From: a virus
Taxonomy: Duplodnaviria > Heunggongvirae > Uroviricota > Caudoviricetes
DNA: 46,276 nucleotides
Virus record (IMG/VR): IMGVR_UViG_2623620505_000005
Reading direction: 5' to 3' (one strand)
How positions within the stretch are numbered: position 1 is the stretch's first letter; each line of letters begins with the position of its first letter. Shown piece by piece: positions 27,432 through 36,772 of this stretch. A program made the translations under genes and the position numbers. Under the pieces are notes generated by a model, which made no database searches, had not been told where the DNA came from, and saw only the letters and a list, made by a program, of their open reading frames with translations.

Positions 27432-28460
27432 ATGGGATTGTTTACGACCCGCCAGTTACTCGGTTATACCGAACAAAAAGTTAAATTTCGTGCGCTATTT
27501 CTGGAGCTGTTTTTCCGCCGTACGGTGAATTTCCATACCGAAGAGGTGATGCTGGACAAAATTACCGGAAAAACGCCGGTGGCGGCCTATGTCTCCCCGG
27601 TTGTTGAAGGAAAAGTGCTGCGTCATCGTGGTGGTGAAACCCGCGTGTTGCGTCCGGGCTACGTCAAGCCGAAACACGAATTTAATTACCAGCAGGCGGT
27701 TGAGCGCCTTCCTGGTGAAGATCCATCTCAACTGAATGATCCGGCTTACCGCCGTCTGCGTATCATTACCGATAACCTCAAACAGGAAGAGCACGCGATT
27801 GTCCAGGTGGAAGAAATGCAGGCGGTAAATGCTGTGTTGTATGGCAAATACACCATGGAAGGAGACCAGTTCGAGAAAATTGAGGTCGATTTTGGCAGGT
27901 CGACGAAGAATAACATCACTCAGGGTGGTGGTAAGGAGTGGTCAAAACAGGATCGTGACACGTTCGATCCTACACATGATATTGACCTCTACTGCGACCA
28001 GGCCAGCGGTCTTGTGAATATTGCCATTATGGACGGTACCGTCTGGCGTCTTCTGAATGGTTTTAAGCTGTTCCGCGAAAAACTGGATACCCGTCGCGGT
28101 TCAAATTCTCAACTCGAAACGGCAGTGAAAGATCTGGGCGCAGTGGTGTCCTTCAAGGGGTATTACGGCGATCTGGCCATTGTGGTGGCGAAAACGTCTT
28201 ATATAGCAGAAGACGGTATCGAAAAACGTTATCTTCCAGATGGCATGCTGGTTCTGGGGAATACTGCTGCAGATGGGATCCGTTGTTACGGTGCCATTCA
28301 GGATGCTCAGGCGTTGTCCGAAGGTGTGGTGGCCTCTTCCCGTTATCCGAAACACTGGCTGACGGTAGGGGATCCCGCCCGTGAATTTACCATGACGCAG
28401 TCCGCGCCGCTGATGGTGTTGCCGGACCCGGATGAGTTTGTGGTGGTACAGGTGAAATAA
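27432..28460 (+). CDS. E: Major capsid protein E
   Basis: 342 aa; lambda gpE-like along its length (TGDPAREFTM, LPDPDEFV). Confidence 0.9.
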   Translation: MGLFTTRQLLGYTEQKVKFRALFLELFFRRTVNFHTEEVMLDKITGKTPVAAYVSPVVEGKVLRHRGGETRVLRPGYVKPKHEFNYQQAVERLPGEDPSQLNDPAYRRLRIITDNLKQEEHAIVQVEEMQAVNAVLYGKYTMEGDQFEKIEVDFGRSTKNNITQGGGKEWSKQDRDTFDPTHDIDLYCDQASGLVNIAIMDGTVWRLLNGFKLFREKLDTRRGSNSQLETAVKDLGAVVSFKGYYGDLAIVVAKTSYIAEDGIEKRYLPDGMLVLGNTAADGIRCYGAIQDAQALSEGVVASSRYPKHWLTVGDPAREFTMTQSAPLMVLPDPDEFVVVQVK

Positions 28461-28468
28461 TCCGTGAG

Positions 28469-28498
28469 CGGGGGCGAAATGCCCCCGTGTCTTTTTTC
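28469..28498 (+). terminator. Terminator-like hairpin immediately after E
   Basis: CGGGGGC-GAAAT-GCCCCCG stem-loop followed by TGTCTTTTTT, 9 bp after the E stop codon. Confidence 0.4.
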
Positions 28499-28511
28499 AC
28501 AGGGGGCTGAT

Positions 28512-28886
28512 ATGGCAACGAAAGAGCAAAATCTGAAACGGCTTGATGAACTGGCCCTGATTCTGGGGCGTGAGCCGGATATATCCGGGAGTGCCGCAGA
28601 GATAGCGCAGCGGGTGGCAGAATGGGAAGAGGAAATGCAGTCATCCGGCGATGATGTACAGGTTATGAATATGGATATCCGGGAGCGGGAAACCGCGGCT
28701 CATGATGTTCGTGAGGAAACATCCGGCGCGTTAACGCGCATCAGAGTTCTGACCTGCCTCCATCTCTGTGGCGTTGATGGTGAAACGGGGGAATCCGTTG
28801 AGCTTGCGGATGTTGGTCGGGTGATTCTGATTATGTCCTCAGATGCAAAAACACACGTTGATGGTGGAATGGCTGTTTATGCGTGA
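28512..28886 (+). CDS. FI: DNA packaging protein FI-like
   Basis: Occupies the FI position between E and FII; start at the ATG at 28512 with an AGGGGG ribosome-binding site after the hairpin; acidic protein; sequence differs from lambda FI. Confidence 0.55.
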   Translation: MATKEQNLKRLDELALILGREPDISGSAAEIAQRVAEWEEEMQSSGDDVQVMNMDIRERETAAHDVREETSGALTRIRVLTCLHLCGVDGETGESVELADVGRVILIMSSDAKTHVDGGMAVYA

Positions 28887-29232
28887 TTTTCAGAATGCCT
28901 TTGATGCCGCCCTTGCCGGGGTGGACAGTACGATTGTTGAAGTGATGGGCATCAGTGCGCAGTTCACCTCCGGTGCACAGCGTGGCGGCGAGGTTCATGG
29001 CGTTTTTGACGATCCGGAGTCGCTGGGTTTTGCCAGTAGTGGGATCCGTATTGAAGGAAGTAACCCGTCATTATTTGTGCTTACGGATACGGTTTGTGCT
29101 GTACGGCGTGGTGACACGCTGACCATTAACGGCGAGATGTTCTGGGTGGACCGTGTTTCTCCGGATGACGGAGGGAGTTGTTATCTCTGGCTCAACCGGG
29201 GGCAACCACCTGCCGCCAGCCGTCGTCGCTGA
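28879..29232 (+). CDS. FII: Head-tail connector protein FII
   Basis: 117 aa from the ATG at 28879; lambda FII-like (VDRVSPDDGGSC, LWLNRG). Confidence 0.8.
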   Translation: MRDFQNAFDAALAGVDSTIVEVMGISAQFTSGAQRGGEVHGVFDDPESLGFASSGIRIEGSNPSLFVLTDTVCAVRRGDTLTINGEMFWVDRVSPDDGGSCYLWLNRGQPPAASRRR

Positions 29233-29243
29233 AAGGGGGATGT

Positions 29244-29822
29244 ATGGCCATACAGGGTCTTGAGCAGGCCGTTGAAAACCTCAGCCGTATCAGCAGAACG
29301 GCGGTGCCCGGTGCCGCCGCAATGGCCATTAACCGCGTTGCTTCATCCGCGATATCGCAGTCGGCGTCACAGGTTGCCCGTGAGACAAAGGTACGCCGGA
29401 AACTGGTAAAGGAAAGGGCCAGGCTGAAAAGGGCCACGGTCAAAAATCCGCAGGCCAGAATCAAGGTTAACCGGGGGGATTTGCCCGTAATCAAGCTGGG
29501 TAACGCGCGGATTGTCCTGTCCCGACGCAGGCGTCGTAAAAAGGGGCAGCGTTCAGCCCTGAAAGGTGGCGGCAGCGTGCTTGTGGTGGGAAACCGTCGT
29601 ATTCCCGGCGTGTTTATTCAGCAACTGAAAAATGGCCGGTGGCATGTCATGCAGCGTGTGGCCGGGAAAAACCGTTACCCCATTGATGTGGTGAAAATCC
29701 CGATGGCGGTGCCGCTGACCACGGCGTTTAAACAAAATATTGAGCGGATCCGGCGTGAACGTCTTCCGAAAGAGCTGGGCTATGCGCTGCAGCATCAACT
29801 GAGGATGGTAATAAAGCGATGA
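29244..29822 (+). CDS. Z: Tail completion protein Z
   Basis: 192 aa from the ATG at 29244; essentially the lambda gpZ sequence as I recall it. Confidence 0.85.
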   Translation: MAIQGLEQAVENLSRISRTAVPGAAAMAINRVASSAISQSASQVARETKVRRKLVKERARLKRATVKNPQARIKVNRGDLPVIKLGNARIVLSRRRRRKKGQRSALKGGGSVLVVGNRRIPGVFIQQLKNGRWHVMQRVAGKNRYPIDVVKIPMAVPLTTAFKQNIERIRRERLPKELGYALQHQLRMVIKR

Positions 29823-30214
29823 AACATACTGAACTCCGTGCAGCCGTACTGGATGCACTGGAGAAGCATGACACCGGGGCGACGTTTTTTGATGGTCGCC
29901 CCGCTGTTTTTGATGAGGCGGATTTTCCGGCAGTTGCCGTTTATCTCACCGGCGCTGAATACACGGGCGAAGAGCTGGACAGCGATACCTGGCAGGCGGA
30001 GCTGCATATCGAAGTTTTCCTGCCTGCTCAGGTACCGGATTCAGAGCTGGATTCGTGGATGGAGTCCCGGATTTATCCGGTGATGAGCGATATCCCGGCA
30101 CTGTCAGATTTGCTCACCAGTATGGTGGCCAGTGGCTATGACTACCGGCGCGACGATGATGCGGGCCTGTGGAGTTCTGCCGATCTGACTTATGTCATTA
30201 CCTATGAAATGTGA
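29819..30214 (+). CDS. U: Tail terminator protein U
   Basis: 131 aa; matches lambda gpU. Confidence 0.9.
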   Translation: MKHTELRAAVLDALEKHDTGATFFDGRPAVFDEADFPAVAVYLTGAEYTGEELDSDTWQAELHIEVFLPAQVPDSELDSWMESRIYPVMSDIPALSDLLTSMVASGYDYRRDDDAGLWSSADLTYVITYEM

Positions 30215-30221
30215 GGACGAT

Positions 30222-30962
30222 ATGCCTGTACCAAATCCAGCAATACCGGTGAAAGGTGCCGGGACCACCCTGTGGGTTTATAACGGGAGCGGCGACCCTT
30301 ATGCGAACCCGCTTTCAGACGTTGACTGGTCGCGTCTGGCTAAAGTTAAAGACCTGACGCCCGGCGAACTGACCGCTGAGTCCTATGACGACAGTTATCT
30401 CGATGATGAAGATGCGGACTGGACCGCGACCGGGCAGGGGCAGAAATCCGCCGGAGATACCAGCTTCACGCTGGCGTGGATGCCCGGAGAGCAGGGGCAG
30501 CAGGCGCTGCTGGCGTGGTTTAATGAAGGTGATACCCGTGCCTATAAAATCCGCTTCCCGAACGGCACGGTCGATGTGTTCCGTGGCTGGGTCAGCAGTA
30601 TCGGTAAGGCGGTGACGGCGAAGGAAGTGATCACCCGTACGGTGAAGGTCACCAATGTGGGCCGTCCGTCAATGGCAGAAGATCGCAGTACGGTGACGGC
30701 GGCAACCGGTATGACTGTGACGCCTGCCAGCTCCTCGGTGGTGAAAGGGCAGAGCACCACGCTGACCGTGGCATTCCAGCCGGAGGGCGCAACTGACAAG
30801 AGCTTCCGTGCGGTGTCAGCGGATAAAACAAAAGCCACCGTGTCGGTCAGTGGTATGACCATCACCGTGAAAGGCGTTGCTGCAGGTAAGGTCAACATTC
30901 CGGTTGTATCCGGTAATGGTGAACTTGCTGCGGTTGCAGAAATCACTGTCACCGACAGTTAA
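30222..30962 (+). CDS. V: Major tail tube protein V
   Basis: 246 aa from the ATG at 30222 (MPVPNP...); matches lambda gpV. Confidence 0.9.
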   Translation: MPVPNPAIPVKGAGTTLWVYNGSGDPYANPLSDVDWSRLAKVKDLTPGELTAESYDDSYLDDEDADWTATGQGQKSAGDTSFTLAWMPGEQGQQALLAWFNEGDTRAYKIRFPNGTVDVFRGWVSSIGKAVTAKEVITRTVKVTNVGRPSMAEDRSTVTAATGMTVTPASSSVVKGQSTTLTVAFQPEGATDKSFRAVSADKTKATVSVSGMTITVKGVAAGKVNIPVVSGNGELAAVAEITVTDS

Positions 30963-30977
30963 TCCGGAGAGTCAGCG

Positions 30978-31400
30978 ATGTTCCTGAAAACCGAATCATT
31001 TGAACATAACGGCGTGACCGTCACGCTTTCTGAACTGTCAGCCCTGCAGCGTATTGAGCATCTCGCCCTGATGAAACGGCAGGCAGAACAGGCGGAGTCA
31101 GACAGCAACCGGAAGTTTACTGTGGAAGACGCCATCAGAACCGGCGCGTTTCTGGTGGCGATGTCCCTGTGGCATAACCATCCGCAGAAGACGCAGATGC
31201 CGTCCATGAATGAAGCCGTTAAACAGATTGAGCAGGAAGTGCTTACCACCTGGCCTACAGAGGCAATTTCTCATGCTGAAAACGTGGTGTACCGGCTGTC
31301 TGGTATGTATGAGTTTGTTGTGAATAATGCCTCTGAACAGACAGAGGACGCCGGGCCCGCAGAGCCTGTTTCTGCGGGAAAGTGTTCGACGGTGAGCTGA
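30978..31400 (+). CDS. G: Tail assembly chaperone G
   Basis: 140 aa; matches lambda gpG. Confidence 0.9.
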   Translation: MFLKTESFEHNGVTVTLSELSALQRIEHLALMKRQAEQAESDSNRKFTVEDAIRTGAFLVAMSLWHNHPQKTQMPSMNEAVKQIEQEVLTTWPTEAISHAENVVYRLSGMYEFVVNNASEQTEDAGPAEPVSAGKCSTVS

Positions 31401-31816
31401 GTTTTGCCCTGAAACTGGCGCGTGAGATGGGGCGACCCGACTGGCGTGCCATGCTTGCCGGGATGTCATCCACGGAGTATGCCGACTGGCACCGCTTTTA
31501 CAGTACCCATTATTTTCATGATGTTCTGCTGGATATGCACTTTTCCGGGCTGACGTACACCGTGCTCAGCCTGTTTTTCAGCGATCCGGATATGCATCCG
31601 CTGGATTTCAGTCTGCTGAACCGGCGTGAGGCTGACGAAGAGCCTGAAGATGATGTGCTGATGCAGAAAGCGGCAGGGCTTGCCGGAGGTGTCCGCTTTG
31701 GCCCGGACGGGAATGAAGTTATCCCTACTTCCCCGGATGTGGCGGACATGACGGAGGATGACGTAATGCTGATGACAGTATCAGAAGGGATCGCAGGAGG
31801 AGTCCGGTATGGCTGA
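30978..31816 (+). CDS. T: Tail assembly chaperone G-T fusion made by a programmed -1 ribosomal frameshift
   Basis: Slippery heptamer G GGA AAG at 31376-31382 near the end of G; the -1 frame continues as the T ORF (31382..31816) with no start codon of its own. Confidence 0.75.
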
Positions 31817-34370
31817 ACCGGTAGGCGATCTGGTCGTTGATTTGAGTCTGGATGCGGCCAGATTTGACGAGCAGATGGCCAGAGTCAGGCGTCATTTTTC
31901 CGGTACGGAAAGTGATGCGAAAAAAACAGCGGCAGTCGTTGAACAGTCGCTGAGCCGACAGGCGCTGGCTGCACAGAAAGCGGGGATTTCCGTCGGGCAG
32001 TATAAAGCCGCCATGCGTATGCTGCCTGCACAGTTCACCGACGTGGCCACGCAGCTTGCAGGCGGGCAAAGTCCGTGGCTGATCCTGCTGCAACAGGGGG
32101 GGCAGGTGAAGGACTCCTTCGGCGGGATGATCCCCATGTTCAGGGGGCTTGCCGGTGCGATCACCCTGCCGATGGTGGGGGCCACCTCGCTGGCGGTGGC
32201 GACCGGTGCGCTGGCGTATGCCTGGTATCAGGGCAACTCAACCCTGTCCGATTTCAACAAAACGCTGGTCCTTTCCGGCAATCAGGCGGGACTGACGGCA
32301 GATCGTATGCTGGTCCTGTCCAGAGCCGGGCAGGCGGCAGGGCTGACGTTTAACCAGACCAGCGAGTCACTCAGCGCACTGGTTAAGGCGGGGGTAAGCG
32401 GTGAGGCTCAGATTGCGTCCATCAGCCAGAGTGTGGCGCGTTTCTCCTCTGCATCCGGCGTGGAGGTGGACAAGGTCGCTGAAGCCTTCGGGAAGCTGAC
32501 CACAGACCCGACGTCGGGGCTGACGGCGATGGCACGCCAGTTCCATAACGTGACGGCGGAGCAGATTGCGTATGTTGCTCAGTTGCAGCGTTCCGGCGAT
32601 GAAGCCGGGGCATTGCAGGCGGCGAACGAGGCCGCAACGAAAGGGTTTGATGACCAGACCCGCCGCCTGAAAGAGAACATGGGCACGCTGGAGACCTGGG
32701 CAGACAGGACAGCGCGGGCATTCAAATCCATGTGGGATGCGGTGCTGGATATTGGTCGTCCTGATACCGCGCAGGAGATGCTGATTAAGGCAGAGGCTGC
32801 GTTTAAGAAAGCAGACGACATCTGGAATCTGCGCAAGGATGATTATTTTGTTAACGATGAAGCGCGGGCGCGTTACTGGGATGATCGTGAAAAGGCCCGT
32901 CTTGCGCTTGAAGCCGCCCGAAAGAAGGCTGAGCAGCAGACTCAACAGGACAAAAATGCGCAGCAGCAGAGCGATACCGAAGCGTCACGGCTGAAATATA
33001 CCGAAGAGGCGCAGAAGGCTTACGAACGCCTGCAGACGCCGCTGGAGAAATATACCGCCCGTCAGGAAGAACTGAACAAGGCACTGAAAGACGGGAAAAT
33101 CCTGCAGGCAGATTACAACACGCTGATGGCGGCGGCGAAAAAGGATTATGAAGCGACGCTGAAAAAGCCGAAACAGTCCGGCGTGAAGGTGTCTGCGGGC
33201 GATCGTCAGGAAGACAGTGCTCATGCTGCCCTGCTGACGCTTCAGGCTGAACTCCGGACGCTGGAGAAGCATGCCGGAGCAAATGAGAAAATCAGCCAGC
33301 AGCGCCGGGATTTGTGGAAGGCGGAGAGTCAGTTCGCGGTACTGGAGGAGGCGGCGCAACGTCGCCAGCTGTCTGCACAGGAGAAATCCCTGCTGGCGCA
33401 TAAAGATGAGACGCTGGAGTACAAACGCCAGCTGGCTGCACTTGGCGACAAGGTTACGTATCAGGAGCGCCTGAACGCGCTGGCGCAGCAGGCGGATAAA
33501 TTCGCACAGCAGCAACGGGCAAAACGGGCCGCTATTGATGCGAAAAGCCGGGGGCTGACTGACCGGCAGGCAGAACGGGAAGCCATGGAACAGCGCCTGA
33601 AGGAACAGTATGGCGATAATCCTCTGGCGCTGAATAACGTCATGTCAGAGCAGAAAAAGACCTGGGCGGCTGAAGACCTGCTTCGCGGGAGCTGGATGGC
33701 AGGCCTCAAGTCCGGCTGGAGCGAGTGGAAAGAGAGCGCCACGGACAGTATGTCGCAGGTTAAAAGTGCTGCCACGCAGACCTTTGATGGTATTGCACAG
33801 AATATGGCGGCGATGCTGACCGGCAGTGAACAGAACTGGCGCAGCTTCACCCGTTCCGTGCTGTCCATGATGACAGAAATTCTGCTTAAGCAGGCAATGG
33901 TGGGGATTGTCGGGAGTATCGGCAGCGCCATTGGCGGGGCTGTTGGTGGCGGCGCATCCGCGTCAGGCGGTACAGCCATTCAGGCCGCTGCGGCGAAATT
34001 CCATTTTGCAACCGGAGGATTCACAGGAACCGGCGGCAAATATGAGCCAGCGGGGATTGTTCACCGTGGTGAATTTGTCTTCACGAAGGAGGCAACCAGC
34101 CGGATTGGTGTCGGCAACCTGTACCGCCTGATGCGGGGCTATGCGGAAGGTGGTTATGTGGGCGGTGCCGGAAGTCCGGCGCAGATGCGGCGGGCTGAAG
34201 GCATTAATTTTAATCAGAACAATCACGTGGTGATTCAGAACGACGGTACGAATGGTCTGCCAGGTCCACAGATGATGAAGGCAGTGTATGACATGGCCCG
34301 CAAGGGTGCCCGTGATGAAATTCAGACACAGATGCGTGATGGTGGCCTGTTCTCCGGAGGTGGACGATGA
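31809..34370 (+). CDS. H: Tail tape measure protein H
   Basis: 853 aa; same length as lambda gpH and near-identical to it as I recall it. Confidence 0.9.
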   Translation: MAEPVGDLVVDLSLDAARFDEQMARVRRHFSGTESDAKKTAAVVEQSLSRQALAAQKAGISVGQYKAAMRMLPAQFTDVATQLAGGQSPWLILLQQGGQVKDSFGGMIPMFRGLAGAITLPMVGATSLAVATGALAYAWYQGNSTLSDFNKTLVLSGNQAGLTADRMLVLSRAGQAAGLTFNQTSESLSALVKAGVSGEAQIASISQSVARFSSASGVEVDKVAEAFGKLTTDPTSGLTAMARQFHNVTAEQIAYVAQLQRSGDEAGALQAANEAATKGFDDQTRRLKENMGTLETWADRTARAFKSMWDAVLDIGRPDTAQEMLIKAEAAFKKADDIWNLRKDDYFVNDEARARYWDDREKARLALEAARKKAEQQTQQDKNAQQQSDTEASRLKYTEEAQKAYERLQTPLEKYTARQEELNKALKDGKILQADYNTLMAAAKKDYEATLKKPKQSGVKVSAGDRQEDSAHAALLTLQAELRTLEKHAGANEKISQQRRDLWKAESQFAVLEEAAQRRQLSAQEKSLLAHKDETLEYKRQLAALGDKVTYQERLNALAQQADKFAQQQRAKRAAIDAKSRGLTDRQAEREAMEQRLKEQYGDNPLALNNVMSEQKKTWAAEDLLRGSWMAGLKSGWSEWKESATDSMSQVKSAATQTFDGIAQNMAAMLTGSEQNWRSFTRSVLSMMTEILLKQAMVGIVGSIGSAIGGAVGGGASASGGTAIQAAAAKFHFATGGFTGTGGKYEPAGIVHRGEFVFTKEATSRIGVGNLYRLMRGYAEGGYVGGAGSPAQMRRAEGINFNQNNHVVIQNDGTNGLPGPQMMKAVYDMARKGARDEIQTQMRDGGLFSGGGR

Positions 34371-34696
34371 AAACCTTCCGCTGGAAAGTGAAACCCGGTA
34401 TGGATGTGGCTTCGGCCCCATCTGTAAGAAAGGTGCGCTTTGGTGATGGCTATTCCCAGCGAGCGCCTGCCGGGCTGAATGCCAACCTGAAAACGTACAG
34501 CGTGACGCTTTCTGTCCCCCGTGAGGAGGCCACGGTACTGGAGTCGTTTCTGGAAGAGCACGGGGGCTGGAAATCCTTTCTGTGGACGCCGCCTTATGAG
34601 TGGCGGCAGATAAAGGTGACCTGCGCAAAATGGTCGTCGCGGGTCAGTATGCTGCGTGTTGAGTTCAGCGCAGAGTTTGAACAGGTGGTGAACTGA
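34367..34696 (+). CDS. M: Tail tip protein M
   Basis: 109 aa; matches lambda gpM. Confidence 0.9.
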   Translation: MKTFRWKVKPGMDVASAPSVRKVRFGDGYSQRAPAGLNANLKTYSVTLSVPREEATVLESFLEEHGGWKSFLWTPPYEWRQIKVTCAKWSSRVSMLRVEFSAEFEQVVN

Positions 34697-35394
34697 TGCA
34701 GGATATCCGGCAGGAAACACTGAATGAATGCACCCGTGCGGAGCAGTCGGCCAGCGTGGTGCTCTGGGAAATCGATCTGACAGAGGTCGGTGGAGAACGT
34801 TATTTTTTCTGTAATGAGCAGAACGAAAAAGGTGAGCCGGTCACCTGGCAGGGGCGACAGTATCAGCCGTATCCCATTCAGGGGAGTGGTTTTGAACTGA
34901 ATGGCAAAGGCACCAGTACGCGCCCCACGCTGACGGTTTCTAACCTGTACGGTATGGTCACCGGGATGGCGGAAGATCTGCAGAGTCTGGTCGGCGGAAC
35001 GGTGGTCCGGCGTAAGGTTTACGCCCGTTTTCTGGATGCGGTGAACTTCGTCAACGGGAACAGTGACGCCGATCCGGAGCAGGAGGTGATCAGCCGCTGG
35101 CGCATTGAGCAGTGCAGCGAACTGAGCGCGGTGAGTGCCTCTTTTGTACTGTCCACGCCGACGGAAACGGACGGTGCCGTTTTTCCGGGACGTATCATGC
35201 TGGCCAACACCTGCACCTGGACCTATCGCGGTGATGAGTGCGGTTATCACGGTCCGGCGGTCGCGGATGAATATGATCAGCCGACGTCCGATATCACGAA
35301 GGATAAATGCAGCAAATGCCTGAGCGGCTGTAAGTTTCGCAATAACGTCGGCAACTTTGGCGGCTTCCTTTCCATTAACAAACTTTCGCAGTAA
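34696..35394 (+). CDS. L: Tail tip protein L
   Basis: 232 aa; matches lambda gpL. Confidence 0.9.
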   Translation: MQDIRQETLNECTRAEQSASVVLWEIDLTEVGGERYFFCNEQNEKGEPVTWQGRQYQPYPIQGSGFELNGKGTSTRPTLTVSNLYGMVTGMAEDLQSLVGGTVVRRKVYARFLDAVNFVNGNSDADPEQEVISRWRIEQCSELSAVSASFVLSTPTETDGAVFPGRIMLANTCTWTYRGDECGYHGPAVADEYDQPTSDITKDKCSKCLSGCKFRNNVGNFGGFLSINKLSQ

Positions 35395-35399
35395 ATCCC

Positions 35400-36143
35400 A
35401 TGACACAGACAGAATCAGCGATTCTGGCGCACGCCCGGCGATGTGCGCCAGCGGAGTCGTGCGGCTTCGTGGTGAGAACACCGGAGGGGGAAAGATATTT
35501 TCCCTGCGTGAATATCTCCGGTGAGCCGGAGGAGTATTTCCGGATGTCGCCGGAGGACTGGCTGCGGGCAGAGATGCAGGGTGAGATTGTGGCGCTGGTC
35601 CACAGCCACCCCGGTGGTCTGCCCTGGCTGAGTGAGGCTGACCGGCGGCTGCAGGTGCAGAGTGATTTGCCGTGGTTGCTGGTCTGCCGGGGGGCGATTC
35701 ATAAGTTCCGCTGTGTGCCGCATCTCACCGGGCGGCGCTTTGAGCACGGGGTGACGGACTGTTACACGCTGTTCCGGGATGCTTATCATCTGGCGGGGAT
35801 TGAGATGCCGGATTTTCATCGCGGGGATGACTGGTGGCGTCACGGTCAGAATCTCTATCTGGATAATCTGGAGGCCACAGGGCTGTATCAGGTGCCGTTG
35901 TCATCAGCACAACCGGGCGATGTGCTGCTGTGCTGTTTTGGTTCATCGGTGCCGAATCATGCCGCCATTTACTGTGGTGATGGCGAGCTGCTGCACCATA
36001 TTCCTGAACAACTGAGCAAACGAGAGAGGTATACCGACAAATGGCAGCGACGCACACACTCCCTCTGGCGTCACCGGTCATGGCGCGCATCTGCCTTTAC
36101 GGGGATTTGCAACGATTTGGCCGCCGCATCGACCTTCGTGTGA
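35400..36143 (+). CDS. K: Tail tip assembly protein K (JAB/MPN plus NlpC/P60-like)
   Basis: Matches lambda gpK; the long form includes the conserved N-terminal ESCGFVV and HSHPGG; an internal Met at 35544 would give the 199-aa form. Confidence 0.85.
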   Translation: MTQTESAILAHARRCAPAESCGFVVRTPEGERYFPCVNISGEPEEYFRMSPEDWLRAEMQGEIVALVHSHPGGLPWLSEADRRLQVQSDLPWLLVCRGAIHKFRCVPHLTGRRFEHGVTDCYTLFRDAYHLAGIEMPDFHRGDDWWRHGQNLYLDNLEATGLYQVPLSSAQPGDVLLCCFGSSVPNHAAIYCGDGELLHHIPEQLSKRERYTDKWQRRTHSLWRHRSWRASAFTGICNDLAAASTFV

Positions 36144-36712
36144 AAACGGGGGCTGAAGCCATCCGCGCACTGGCCACACAGCTCCCGGCGTTTCGTCAGA
36201 AACTGAGCGACGGCTGGTATCAGGTACGGATTGCCGGGCGGGACGTCAGCACGTCCGGGTTAACGGCGCAGTTACATGAGACTCTGCCTGACGGCGCTGT
36301 GATTCATATTGTTCCCAGAGTCGCCGGGGCCAAGTCAGGTGGCGTATTCCAGATTGTCCTGGGGGCTGCCGCCATTGCCGGATCATTCTTTACCGCCGGA
36401 GCCACCCTTGCAGCATGGGGGGCAGCCATTGGGGCCGGTGGTATGACCGGCATCCTGTTTTCTCTCGGTGCCAGTATGGTGCTCGGTGGTGTGGCGCAGA
36501 TGCTGGCACCGAAAGCCAGAACTCCCCGTACACAGACAACGGATAACGGTAAGCAGAACACCTATTTCTCCTCACTGGATAACATGGTTGCCCAGGGCAA
36601 TGTTCTGCCTGTTCTGTACGGGGAAATGCGCGTGGGGTCGCGGGTGGTTTCTCAGGAGATCAGCACGGCAGACGAAGGGGACGGTGGTCAGGTTGTGGTG
36701 ATTGGTCGCTGA
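36041..36712 (+). CDS. I: Tail tip assembly protein I
   Basis: 223 aa; matches lambda gpI; overlaps the 3' end of K as in lambda. Confidence 0.85.
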   Translation: MAATHTLPLASPVMARICLYGDLQRFGRRIDLRVKTGAEAIRALATQLPAFRQKLSDGWYQVRIAGRDVSTSGLTAQLHETLPDGAVIHIVPRVAGAKSGGVFQIVLGAAAIAGSFFTAGATLAAWGAAIGAGGMTGILFSLGASMVLGGVAQMLAPKARTPRTQTTDNGKQNTYFSSLDNMVAQGNVLPVLYGEMRVGSRVVSQEISTADEGDGGQVVVIGR

Positions 36713-36772
36713 TGCAAAATGTTTTATGTGAAACCGCCTGCGGGCGGTTTTGTCGTTTATGGAGCGTGAGGA

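Noticed and set aside
32367-33979. Several minus-strand ORFs of 140-190 aa antisense to the tape measure gene H
   Set aside because: All nested in the antisense of H; Arg/Pro/Leu-rich translations typical of GC-rich antisense frames.
34594-35481. 295-aa minus-strand ORF across the M/L/K genes
   Set aside because: Antisense to three conserved tail genes; not coding.
36041-36143. 103-bp overlap between the K and I genes, considered as a possible frameshift or annotation artefact
   Set aside because: Both reading frames match lambda gpK and gpI along their full lengths; the overlap appears to be the conserved arrangement.
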